DNA of 63,837 bases, the filler included, from Hyphochytrium catenoides (Eukaryota > Protista > Hyphochytriomycota): the NCBI GenBank assembly GCA_900088475.1. It is 7 parts of 7 records of this genome, joined end to end, with 100 filler letters (N's around TTAATTAATTAA, not from the genome) between each part and the next. Parts side by side here need not be neighbours in the genome. Positions count along the whole stretch, not along the records: positions 1 to 19,332 come from FLMG01001292.1; positions 19,433 to 20,505 come from FLMG01001982.1; positions 20,606 to 22,340 come from FLMG01003092.1; positions 22,441 to 35,778 come from FLMG01000831.1; 3 more parts are not named here. One strand, 5' to 3'. A program made the position numbers and the translations under genes. Under the pieces are notes generated by a model that was given only the letters and a program-made list of their open reading frames with translations, did no database searches and was not told the DNA's origin. Every line of letters begins with the position of its first letter. Positions within the stretch are counted from its first letter, which is position 1. Positions 11,371-23,018 of this stretch are shown in pieces.

Positions 11371-13968
11371 TTGTTACTTATCCTCAGGTTGGCAGATGTC
11401 ATAACCCAGGTGCTTGTTGATTATCTATCATCTGCCTGGAGCAACACCTGGCAGCTGCCAGCCATCACCTATGACTTAGAGGTAGCGGTTTGCTTGATCA
11501 AGAAACGTCGTCGGCCCTATCTTTCTTATGGGAGCAAGACCGCCTGTGCCACCAATTGCAGGTACTACAATCAAAAATAGTCAGTACAGAGCTCGGTCGA
11601 GATAACATTGTTGGTGATCGTCATTGTCGTTCGCCCACAGTGAGGACGAGAGCGATTCATGTCGGTACCATGTAATTCTTCCATGGGCGTCTTTGAAGTC
11701 TCTACGTGAAAGTGGATGGCTGGATAAATTTTACATCGACCTGCAAAGGCAACTAAGCACGGAAGTGATGGTGGTGAGCCAGAGTACCGCCGTATAGTCG
11801 ATGCATCAGTGGTGCTGGCCTTAAAATGCTCCACGGGGAGAGGGTGGACTAGTGACGATTCTTCTGGGGACCGGGAGACAACAAGTCCCACCTGAGCTTG
11901 TTTTGCTTCCCCGACAGGAACTACAAGACAGCAATACTAAGAATAACGAATGGGGAAGTTCGCTTCTTATCGGTAGCCAACTATGGCTCCAAGCAGTCGC
12001 AGATGCTCTGGAGGCCTGCCTGCCGCCAAAGAGGCAGCGAGAGAAGATCCAGTTTGTTCCTCCGCGGAGGATTGTCCTCTCTGTTCTTTCCAGTAGCAGC
12101 AAAATATCTTCGAATCCTGCGGATATGACCAAGCTATTTACCTTTCTTGAGCGCACTACCGAGGAAGACTATCTCAATCTAGCTGTCGAATTCATACATT
12201 TCGTCACAGAAGAAGTTGACGGTCTCACGACTTCCGAAGGTAGTTGACGGCCATTTTGATCTCGCATCTTGATACACTTATCCAAGGGTCTGGTAATGGG
12301 ATGGTACTGGGCTGCTATGTCATCCTTTTCTTTTTTGATCACCATACGAAGGCAACATGAGCTCATATTGCTGTGCATCGCGGCTACTAGGGGCGGACAA
12401 GGATTGCCAGCACTCAGCGCTCCACCAACAAGCAAGTAAAGAAGACTTCTACTCCAGAGCACAACCACCGATGAAAGGAGCACAATTGGTCTGCAGGCTT
12501 GCTGAGCACCTCTCACTCATTCCCAGCTGCACAGTTGAAGCCGTGGACGCTTCATCGTCTGCTGTGAGCTACCTAAAGGTGCCTAAAGAGCGAATAGGGA
12601 CCACTTTGGATTTGCGGGCCAGAGAGGTGGCTAGATTTATTACCAATATTTGACCATCAGCTTTGTCCTGTCCTTATTTCAGCGGCGATGGATGAATGAC
12701 CTTCTCTTTGCCGGAGTCCCAACGTCGATAATGGCCTCTTCTTCTTCCACCTCTCAAGAGTTAACGAGGCTCATCTTATCCATCGTGGGACGAAAAGAGG
12801 AGCTCATCAACCAAACAGGTGACGAAGAAGGATCCTCCCGACAACAAGGACGAAATGACTTTTATTTCAACAACAATGAGGATAGCTCCCCCTCGCCTGG
12901 CGCCGGGAGTTCTTACTTACCCAAAAGCGTTGCCCATGGCACTGTTTTGTTGCTGGCAACGGCCTGGCCGGCATTGGCTGACAATGGAGACCATGATGGC
13001 AACGGTTGGGCGTCAGCATTGCCCTCTCACCTCCCGCGCTCTCTTATTAGGGGAGTAGTCACAGGTCCCTCCTCGAGAAGGCTGGGGGAAACAATCACGG
13101 ACAGAACGTTTACCAATTCGGACAAGAAGCGTAGAACTGGCGGCTTAGCAACAGGAGCCCCGGGGTACGTTCCCCTATGTCGCCGGGCTGCTAATGAGTT
13201 AGTCACTCCTCTTGTTTAACGCTCATTCCTAGTTCCGCTCTCCCCTCTCAGTTTGGGCCTACCATTATTACTAGCAGCAGACCTCACGCCTACTCGCTAT
13301 CCTCATGTTATACACCTCACCAGTGCTTCTTGAAAACGCAGGTTGTTAGCAAAGCAAAGGCGGAACTCTCTCAAAGAGAAAAGCTCTTTTCCTACTCTAC
13401 CAACCCAGATAAAGAGGTAATGGTACCATTACTGCTATACTGCACCGTCAACGAGAGAAAGAACTGGGTTGCTTCGAAAAAGACGCTGTCCGCCCTAATT
13501 GATATTTTCTGTCCTGCTGATAGCCGTAGCTCGTTCGCTCTGGTGGCTGGTCTTCGGCTTGCAATTGTTGACTTTAGGCCGATGCCGTCAATCTTCCAAG
13601 GGTGGATCTATGGCTCCCCTCTGGTCGTCTTTCCGTGCAGGAATGTCCAGGAGGGCCACATGTTACCTGCCGGTATCCCTCCGCCAGAGGTAAACAGACT
13701 AGCGGTACGTAAACAACAGGTGGACCACAGCAGTTATTATGGTCTCCTATTCTTCTTCGTCCGAGAAAAGAAGACTGACCCATTGATGTCCGGCCAGGAG
13801 TCAAGCAGATTGGCCCTCTCACGCCTGGCTTCCTACATGGAGAAGTTCCAGATGGCTCTGGTCTGCATGGCTACGAATGAAGAAGTCGGGGAGGATATGG
13901 TAAGTCTAAGAATTGAGTGGAAGCGGGACAGATGCTTGATTTTTATTGTCGCGTGTTATACCTCATAA
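11371..13968 (+). CDS. Probable multi-exon hypothetical gene or pseudogene
   Basis: Chain of same-strand ORFs (11852-12247, 12650-13219, 13330-13968) with plausible splice signals (CAG|GTTGG ~11388, GAG|GTAGC ~11481, GAAG|GTAGT ~12240, TTTCAG ~12682, GATATG|GTAAGT ~13900). No family recognised. Confidence 0.4.
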
Positions 13969-15849
13969 ACTCTTGGCCAAGGCTGGGGAGGATGGACACG
14001 GAGAAGATGGAGTTGTTGGTGGTGTTTGTCAATATGCTTCTTACGCTCATCATCACCATCAGCAGCACCAGCAGCAGCAGCATAAGCTGTTGGGTCTCCG
14101 TCTGCCTGGTGATGACTCGTATGATCCGGTTTATTTCTCTCCTCGTTCGGTCCATACTACCCGCTTTTCTTCCTGGCCATCATCAGAATTAGGCTGTATA
14201 ATAATGGATCACCATGGCAAGCCATGACCTTCCATTTTTACGCCTCTTCTTTCCCTTCCTTTCTTGCCAATTGCCCAGGCACAGGTGGAAGAGCCCTCAC
14301 CAGTCACTAACAGGAGACGCAAAAGGACGGAAGAGCTCGGGAGAGAAGTTATTGTTAAGGCGCCAGGATGGAAGAAGAGGTCCATGTCTACTGCCACCTC
14401 TGATTTAATGAATGATGAGGTAAGGAAACGATGCTGCTTTATTCGTGGAAGGCGTTCTCCTCCGGGAGGGGTATCCTCTGCTTAGCGTTCTCTCTATGGA
14501 TAAAGAATTATACTTCAGATTGTTTCCTTATGCGGTCCATGGCAACAGCACATGGTTATTTAGCTTGGCCCTCTTACCCGTTGTTACGCTCATCGCTTCC
14601 GCTACTAGGGAGTTCAGCATTACATTCTCGTCCCGACGGCGAGGCATTTAGCAGAAGACATGGGGACTTCCAGACAGCAAAATTGGTCTTCCTCACTTTC
14701 AAGCCACCAAGAAACAACGCTCAAGGAAAGAGATGATCACGAACCTACTTTTCTACTACTAAAGGTGGCCACTGCCGACCAGGTGGGGATTCCCCTTCTT
14801 TTTAGCCGCGCCAGTTGCCTATTTTCCTATGAAAGTGGTGGCTGTAGATCTCGGCAAGGTTCTGATCCCTCTTCCTTGTCATACCTCGATTCAGAAGGAG
14901 AGCCATAATCCCTATTACTCCTTGTTGGCTGGCATTTTCTCTGCCTCTTTCCTGCCTTTTCTAACGGCGTCCACCAGATATTGTTCCCTTTTCCTCATAA
15001 GCCACCAGTGCTCTGATACGATGCTGACAGCAAGAAAGAAGGAAAGAAGATTTGTCTTTAACGCTAGGACTTTGGAGGTGTTGGTCCAGTGATCTCTTCT
15101 GATGAGGATGAAGGAACCCTTGCCACCTCCTGTGGGTTATCACAATATTATGCCCTAACTCTTCCTTCAGTTATACACGCTTCAGATAATGATGATGGTG
15201 TCTCTCCTCCTCCTCAGCTTCGCTGGTCCTCTGCGCTGCCGCTGTAGTCTCCACCACCTTTCGAGCTTCTTTTATCAAGTTTACTTCTTGCGGTCCTTGA
15301 TCTCCATTGACAACCTCTAAGGTCTCAAGAAGGTGGTCATCACTCTCTAGCTTTATAAGAATAAGAACAATATAGCTGAGATGTGGCGATCGAGAGGAGA
15401 AGGCCGAAGCAAACTTCCCTAAGGACTTCTATGTATAGATACTTCGTAGTCTCTGTCTTCTGACTTCAAGATGCAGCCAATAGATAACAGGGCACACTCT
15501 GGATGATGATATGTAGAGCAGCGAGGAGAGAAAATAGACGACTTGTTCACCGATGATGAAAGACGGCGGTGGGCTGATCCGTTGTGTTACCTGAAGCCGC
15601 CCTATCACCCTGTAATAAGAAAGGTAAGTAGTAGATAGGTCTCGAACAAATGTGTGCGCGCTCGGCCGCGGTCGACTGTCTGGATCACATGTAGGATAGA
15701 TCGGCCATAATCTCTATGAAGTCGTTTTTAGGGCGGCCGCACGTAAACTGTTGTTGCTTGCCCAGCAGTGGCAGTGATCACTTAGCAAGCTTGTTGCTCT
15801 CTCCGCCGCCTGTCCAACCAGTTTTATACCAGATCAACAGGAGGTATAG

Positions 15850-16350
15850 CTTCTCTTGAATTTGGCCCTCAGTAGTAGCAGCCATGCGCGCAACCGTGAT
15901 GTACAAGAGATGGAACGCAGAGTCGCTACTAGTGGTCTCGCATGGTCTCATAGATTTTAGGGACAAAGAAGCAGTATCGCAATGGCGCTCACAGGACCAC
16001 TTTTCCAACAAAAGCTCTTCTTCATAGCAGTTGGATAGAGACTTTGCCCCTTGGGCAGATTTCTAGCTTGAGCCACGCAAAGTTCAGCTATTATTCTTTT
16101 GATGCTGACACCTACCATGGCTGATAAGATGGCCAATTAACGATGGGGCTCATTCGCTTCCTGGATTTATTTCGGGGCGCGTACAATAGCTTTATTGTTA
16201 TGGATATTTGATGGAGTTCCTCTTGTTTACTGCCTCCTTAACCTGGGAGCCTCCTTTTGGTAGGACAGCGCAACCCTCGTAGAAATAGGACAAGCTGAAG
16301 AATGGGCGTCGTAAATGGTTCCTGGCTCTCATAATACATCTGAACAGTAC
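15850..16350 (-). pseudogene. Degenerate coding relic, apparently homologous to 29400-29880 (+)
   Basis: Collinear motifs NHLRRPFFSLSY / NHSSRHFFSRSY, WPSYQPW*V / WLRYYRWYV and SSDSAFHLLYITVA / SGDVALLFNTITMA, interrupted by stops and frameshifts. Confidence 0.4.
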
Positions 16351-16636
16351 CGTCTTTGCTGCAGCCAACCTTCATCCCTTTCTATTCACCTTAGTGCCAT
16401 TCTACACTTGCGTTCTTTCTGATGATGGTGATGGCTCTTTGTCCAACTGTTGCTTGCAGCTCTTCGGACGGGGTAGTAGGAAGCTATGGAGCTGAGCGTG
16501 AGTATCCATCCAGCCTGTTTTAAACAGGTGCTGCCTGGAAGTACAGTAGGATTGGCAGCTCTGTGAACTATACGTAGGTTGCTAGGTCCTACTTGTCTTA
16601 TTGAGCAACCTTTTATGCGGGTGCGAAGAGAGAGAG

Positions 16637-16750
16637 AAGGCTTCTTGCGCCATTGATGTGCTCAGAGTAATAAGTTAGTGGTCAGTCAGAAACAAGGCTT
16701 CTTGCGCCATTGATGTGCTGAGAGTAATAAGTTAGTGGTCAGTCAGCAAC
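16637..16750. repeat. 57-bp tandem duplication x2
   Basis: AAGGCTTCTTGCGCCATTGATGTGCT(C/G)AGAGTAATAAGTTAGTGGTCAGTCAG(A/C)AAC at 16637 and 16694, two mismatches. Confidence 0.92.
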
Positions 16751-18315
16751 AGGTCAGCTAGTCGTCATTCGTTTGTCCCTATAAACTCTATTTGGAGTCA
16801 TTGATAGGTCAGGTGATCGTCATTGGTTGTTGCACGGTGACTTTGTTCAGAGACTGGCGCATGAGGCAGCAGCAACAGACTATGCATACCAGGAGGGTTG
16901 GGTGCTGTGGAGGGAGTGCTGTTATTATTAGGGGGAAGAAAAGGAATAGTGTGCCACAAAAGAAGCTTCTTCGTTTGGCACCCCCGCCAGAGAAGAAGAA
17001 CAACACACGTTACTGGCCAGGGCGTGTGCCATGCTGTTGCCCTTCTTCACTTAGAAAATAAAACGTCAGAAGAAAAGAACAATAAACAAAGCACTACACA
17101 TCTATTTCTTCCTCCATAACCACCCTTCCCTTGAACAAGAGATCTCAGGTGGCTAGTTGGTGGGCTTGAGGGCCTGGTTTGTACGACGAAGAAAGCCATA
17201 AGGTTTGCCTTCAGATGATAGTTTGGCCATGCTGGCGGCGGGGCTGGTAGGACCGAGGATCACCTGGGATGGGAAGCACAGCAGGAACGCTGACTGGTGA
17301 GCAGCAGGAGGAGGAAAGGGAAGAAGGTTTAGCCATCAGTTCCCTTTGAACCTGCTACAGAGCTGCCCTATTTATGGGGGGGCTGGACCATCACTCTGCT
17401 CCCTGCTGGCGCTGCCCCCCACCCCCCGCTTATACCATTCTCCTAGTGTTCTGTCCTTTGCATATATGGCAGAAGCTCCCTACACCTTAGGGAGGAGGGC
17501 TTCCCCCCTTCTATTTGCCTCCACTTTGGCCAACCGTGTAACATTTTGCTTAGTACTATGGCACTAACAGGCTAATTCACCCCAAAAAGGAGACAGTGGG
17601 GATATTACTACTGGTGGGAGGATGCTGTCTCTTAGACCATACTCCAGGGTGGGGGCCACCTTATCCCCACCCGTCGCTTCCACTGCGATACCAGGCCTTG
17701 GGATTCGGGGCGTGGATGGGTCAGGGTAGGACATTAGCTAATGGGCAGGGGGGAACCCTCTCAGCAAAGGAGACGCATGGCGGTTGGGGGCTAAATCGAC
17801 CACGCACATTACAGTTCTAGGTCCTTTCTATAGGCAGCGCCTCCCCATCTCCCTGCTGTACCTCTACTTGGGAAGAATGTACGCCCGCCCCCCCCTCTCC
17901 CGGCTTATGTGGCGTGGTACTAAATGTTAGGCCTTCGGGCCTGCTGTGTAAGGCGCTGTGGCCCTCACGCCATGGCGGGACTGCTCTGTCTGCCCTCAAG
18001 TGAAGCTAAAGAACTACTGTAAACGGAAAGGAGGCCACCACCGGGACAGACTGACAGACAGACAGACACACAGACAGACAAACAGACAAAAATGCAGGCA
18101 AAAGACAGGGGAAAAGACCAGACGAAGAGGAGAAAGAAACCCAGTGTTCTGTATAAGAAAGGGAGACGGCTCTAAGAGGATGACGGAAGGAAGCCAAATG
18201 GACGATAGCAAAGCAGCTCGACAAGATGGGAACAGAAGATAGAGGCAGGAGGAACAATGTTTCACTCGCAACCTCTCTCTCTCTCTCTCTCTTCTCCCTC
18301 TTGAAGGACTGGTTT

Positions 18316-18347
<32 letters not shown>

Positions 18348-19332
18348 ATGCGCCTCTCAGGCATTCAGAGGGGGAGCGCAAGAAAGGAAGGAAGAGAGGG
18401 AAGAAGGTGCATCAAGTTCAAACGAAGCCTAATTTTTTCCATTGTGGCAACGGAACATGAAGGAGGTCAAGGGAGAGAGGAGAGAGAAGAGATGAAGATG
18501 AGGAGAGAGAAGAGATGAAGATGAGGGAAGAGCGCCCATCCCACAACCAGACTGCTTCTCTCTCTCTGGGTGGCTGAGGTCGAGTGGATGCACTAGTGAA
18601 TGTTATGGAAGGGCAGGAGTGTCTCCCCTTTTCTCCACCTCCACGGCGGCCCTCTTCTCCTGGATTTCTTCCACCACGTCTCTCATCCTCGTTTCTCTCT
18701 CTCTCTGCTCCTCAGCATTCAACGGGCTGCGATCGGGTTAATTGTCTGTCTTAGAGTGACTCTGTCTCGCGGTTCCATTTCTGCCTGACAGGCTGGACTG
18801 CCCCCACAATGAACGGCAACCTCCTCGTCGTTCTCCTCCTTTGCCTCATTCGGCCATTGTGCAACTGGAGAAAGAGCCCATCTCTCCTCGTCCATAGCAA
18901 GCACTAGGTCTACCACCCGCCAGTCTCTCTCTGCTCGTCTCTCCCCATCTCTCTCTCTCTCTCTCTCTCTCGCCTGTCTGCTGTAGAACTACAAGTCTTC
19001 TCCTGCATTTACCTCGTTCTATCACCCATTCGTCCCTTCGCCACCAAGATCGGAGCAAGCCTCTCCTGATAGGTGGTTCCCTGTTCCCGTGGATCTTTTC
19101 TCTCTGCCTAAAGTCTTCTTCTCTCTCCTTCAAGTCTTCCTGCTCTTCCTCGACGCCAGATTAGTCCCTAGTTTAATCAGGGTCGGAGACAGAGCACGCA
19201 TAGATCGAAGGCCCTTTCTATCCATTATCTGTATCTAATGGAAAGACAGAACGAGGGAAGAGATAGAAAAGGCTATTAAAGGGTGAAAGGGAGAGGAAGT
19301 TGGTACGACGTGGGGGAAGAGTATTCGTAGGT

Positions 19333-19432
19333 NNNNNNNNNNNNNNNNNNNNNNNNNNNNNNNNNNNNNNNNNNNNTTAATTAATTAANNNNNNNNNNNN
19401 NNNNNNNNNNNNNNNNNNNNNNNNNNNNNNNN
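19333..19432. other. Artificial contig joiner (N..TTAATTAATTAA..N)
   Basis: Stop-in-all-frames linker between N runs. The same joiner occurs at 20506-20605, 22341-22440, 35779-35878, 60370-60469 and 62220-62320. Confidence 0.97.
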
Positions 19433-19613
19433 ATAGCCTTGACTAAGAGTCTATTAGGTGACACGCAAAATTAAGGTCCATGCTGGTAGAGAGGAGAGGG
19501 TTAGTTTTACTTTTCAACGATGGTAAGCACTAATAAGCACCGCCACTTTCATAAACTGCAAGAGAGGTAGAAGAGAGATGACACTATACGAAAAAGAAAT
19601 AACGAGTGAGAGG

Positions 19614-20394
19614 TTACTCCACACACAAAGAACAGAACGCTGTAAGCAATAATCCAGCCGCAAGGAGGAAGAGAGCACAAGAGCAGGCATAGCAATGAGG
19701 AGTTATATAACAGACATCATCCGGCCCTATCGGAAGGTAGATCCAACGCTCCTGACGAGGTCCTATAAACCAGGATCCGCAAGTAAGGCAGCGATAGACT
19801 GGTCCATCCTCCCCTACGTCGAATTGCCCTTTATCCTCACCAGTTACTAAGCTTGGGGAACTCATTAACCGATAGAGATACTCAATAGCAGCCTGTTGTT
19901 TACGCTGCTCTATTGGAAGGTTTGATAGTGTCAAAGACTTTAGCGCGCCATACCTGTCGCCATTTAGAGTTTGTTTTGTCAGCCAAATGACAGTCAAACT
20001 GCAACTTGTCTCCTCATGAGCGATGACCAACAGATGCTTACGTTGGCAAATCAGGAGGAATTTCTATGGCGCGGACGCGGAAACTCCTGCCTCCTTTGTC
20101 GTGGGTCTTGCCACGATTTAGTCGGTGAGCACCTTCCCGTAGCTTCCCTAAAAATTCCACAATGGCCTTTACTGGTTCCCTATATGTAGAAATGTCTAAA
20201 CCCGATGGTGCTCCGTCGCTGTCACTCCCTTCAGTATCACTGCTATCCACGAAGTGGCGCAGCTCAAACAAGTTAACACATGCTAGAGCCTGAAATAGGC
20301 TGATCACATAACAATCTGTAGAGTTGTGATTGCTGACACCCACAGGAGGACCGAGGGCATGAGCAGGCAAGTCGTCACATCCCCTTTCTGCCAT
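19614..20394 (-). CDS. Divergent ubiquitin-specific protease (peptidase C19)-like protein, N-terminal part
   Basis: Cys-box-like PVGVSNHNSTDCYVISLFQAL. Intron ~20041-19953 (GTAAGC..GACAG) joins in frame PT|YGALKSL. QQDA-box-like KQQAAIEYLYRLM and finger-like YRCLTCG..ERWIYLPI follow. His box not seen. Confidence 0.6.
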
Positions 20395-20458
20395 TATAGA
20401 AAATGATTCAATTTGTTATGTGTACTTCGGGTGCGTTATCCAGAATGTCCGTCCTTCC

Positions 20459-20505
20459 TGTTGAGAGCAGTCCGGTCACGACGTACCAACCGGCGCGCTA
20501 ACAGA
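20459..20505 (+). mobile_element. Probable LTR terminus (47 bp, truncated by contig end)
   Basis: TGTTGAGAGCAGTCCGGTCACGACGTACCAACCGGCGCGCTAACAGA, identical to 62173-62219 with unrelated upstream flanks; begins TGTTG. Confidence 0.65.
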
Positions 20506-20605
20506 NNNNNNNNNNNNNNNNNNNNNNNNNNNNNNNNNNNNNNNNNNNNTTAATTAATTAANNNNNNNNNNNNNNNNNNNNNNNNNNNNNNNNNNNNNNN
20601 NNNNN

Positions 20606-22068
20606 GTTCCACGCAGATGGTCTCAAAGTGCCTCAACAGTCCCTGCTGTGACAATCGAAAAGGGTCTTTTGTGGACTGTGTCACATAGCACCATTTCCCA
20701 GGACCTGCTAAATATCCGTAGGTAGTTTGCGCCAAGACGACCTTACTGTTCATACCAGTCCTGTATGCCAGGGCATATTGCACCTTTCTGCTGCCATCTT
20801 TCCCCTCCACAGAGCGCTGGCTCCAATAGGCGCATGAACTGCCCGTTTCTTCAACAAGCATCTGAGACGCAGAAGGTCTTTGGCCAAAGGTGTAAGGGAA
20901 GGAGCGTATCCTCTTCGCAGTACCAAGAAGATCAGAACCACATTTGAGCACCCTGGCGTTGATCTCTCCGGCAGTCCCTCCATAGCCTCGGTCCCAGGCT
21001 ATTAGGTTCTTGACTTCAACGTTCCTTTCCACACTCTTACCACTGAGAGACTTGAGCAAGAGCATCACGCAGTCGCGAGTGGACTCAGATGAATCCGCAA
21101 CATGACCTCCCAGAAATAGTCCGGTTCGAAGAGAGACCACGCCGTGATGGACCACACCAACCCTGCGCCACCAAGAAGCGACGAAGAAGACAACAGTAAT
21201 GAGCTTAGTGTGACAGCAAGAGGAAAAGCTACTAAATATCCAGCCTTTCAACTCACCCTTTCTTTGGTATGTTCGTCCGAGTTAGACCAGCTTCATCAAT
21301 GCGATCGAAGGAGCGCATTCTCAGCAAATCATCATCCAGCGATAGAATGGACAAACCTTTGACATAGCCTGCGCTTGCACAAACCTTGCGCACATGCTCC
21401 ATAGCTTCAGCTATACGCCTGTCATGCTGCATAGGTGCCTCCCAATGCAGGGTTGAGGGATCGTCATCGGCACTATGGTTAATACCTATTGCACGAATGA
21501 TCTCCATATAGCGCTTCTTTGACATCCCAACCGACGCGTACGCATACAGGTTAGGAAGAAAATTACTGAAGTACTCCTCTGGACTGGTCCCATAGTATGA
21601 TAGCCATAGCTCCACTTGAATAAAGCCCAGAAGCTCTGCTCTTGATGCGGGTTCTATTAGGTGGCGGTTAACGAACTCCAGAAGGTAGCCCAGAAAGATA
21701 GGGTCTAGCCATGCAGCCGCAAACTCATGTTCAGGAACATCTTCTAGCCTTCGTCTTCCTCCTTGGCCTCCGAACATCTTAATCTTCAAATTCTTGACCA
21801 CCTGCTCAACCTCTGCCCTAGCTTCACCAAGGAGAAAAGCATCTGCGGCGTCTAACTGGATCTGAATCTGGAAATCTTTAACCCGCTGCCAGCCAACCGA
21901 TGCAGCATCGATTTCCTCCTCTGCCATGTCCTCTTCATCATGAATATCCCATTGTATCACGCCACCATCTCGATCGCCTCCCAGGAAAGAATCCAACCTG
22001 ATATCGTCTTCCTCATCCTCCTCATATAAAACGGGATGATAAGCACCACCTTCTTGTTGCATCATCAT
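20606..22068 (-). mobile_element. piggyBac-like (DDE_Tnp_1_7 / IS4-like) transposase gene with one intron, 3' truncated
   Basis: ELLGFIQVELW..GMSKKRYMEIIRAI, LSLDDDLLRMRS (first Asp), IPKKG|VGVVHH, IAWDRGY (second Asp) and LLGTAKR follow piggyBac motif order. A 94-nt intron 21256-21163 (GTGAGT..GCGCAG) joins the two ORFs in frame. Confidence 0.7.
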
Positions 22069-23018
22069 CAATCGGAGCACCACTGCTGGATAATAAATGA
22101 TCGACGACTTAGTGACTGGAGGATAACAACTGCTTGCGCCACCCAAAGCGGCGAGGTTGAGGGGCGGCGCGAGAGTATTGAGTATTGGAGAAGAACAATA
22201 AAGCCCACGGACAACGGACGGAGAGAGCTGCTGCTGCCGCCGTGCACAGAAAGTTGATCATCTGCCTTGCTGAAGTGACTGCTAATTTGCTTTTATTTGG
22301 TTCGAAAAGGTAATGCGAGACAGATAAGGAGGACAGCTCANNNNNNNNNNNNNNNNNNNNNNNNNNNNNNNNNNNNNNNNNNNNTTAATTAATTAANNNN
22401 NNNNNNNNNNNNNNNNNNNNNNNNNNNNNNNNNNNNNNNNTCTCTCTCTCTCTCTCTCTTTTTTTCTCTCTCTCATGCCTTGTGCTTGCTCTGCCAAGTG
22501 ACGAAAAACCAACTTCCCCCTTCTTTTTTGAGTCTCTCCCTCTTCCCTCCAACCCCAAACTGGCGCCAACCCTCCCACAACTACAGCCTAAACACCCCAC
22601 AGCGCCCCCAGGTGTAGCGCATCAAGAAAGCCAAATAATTGACCAACCTCGATAACTAATCTTACAGAACCTATGATTATCGATAAAGTGAGAATCAGAG
22701 TGAATGTAGGGCGGGAAAGGACGCAGAGAATGAGAAGCGCTAATAAGAAGAATAACGGCAATCGCGCACTTCTGCCCTGCTCTGCACTCTGCATGGTGCC
22801 GAGCTCGCACTTCCTCCCGCCCACATCCTTCTCATCTGCAGCTCCTGCCGGTCGAGTAGGAGTGACCCAGACAGGAGAGAGACCTATGGCAAGTCCTCCA
22901 TCAAGGAGGAGATCTTGTCCGCCCATTTGCCGCTTAGCACTACTGCTGTCCACCGGTTGTTGATGACAGAACTGTCTTCGTTCACGAGTCTGCGGTTGTT
23001 CGTCCTAAGCGGTTTGCA

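Noticed and set aside
14610-14655. Peptide similarity SALHSRPDGEAFS vs SALHSRPEGLTFS (~17920-17960, minus)
   Set aside because: Too short, and I could not extend it on either side; may be chance.
19377-19388. Repeated palindromic TTAATTAATTAA as a biological motif or piggyBac TTAA target
   Set aside because: Always centred in ~100-nt N blocks; an artificial contig joiner. ORFs ending in LIN are artefacts of it.
20459-22340. USP-like gene, LTR end and transposase as one composite element
   Set aside because: They are separated by a joiner, so the adjacency is not real.
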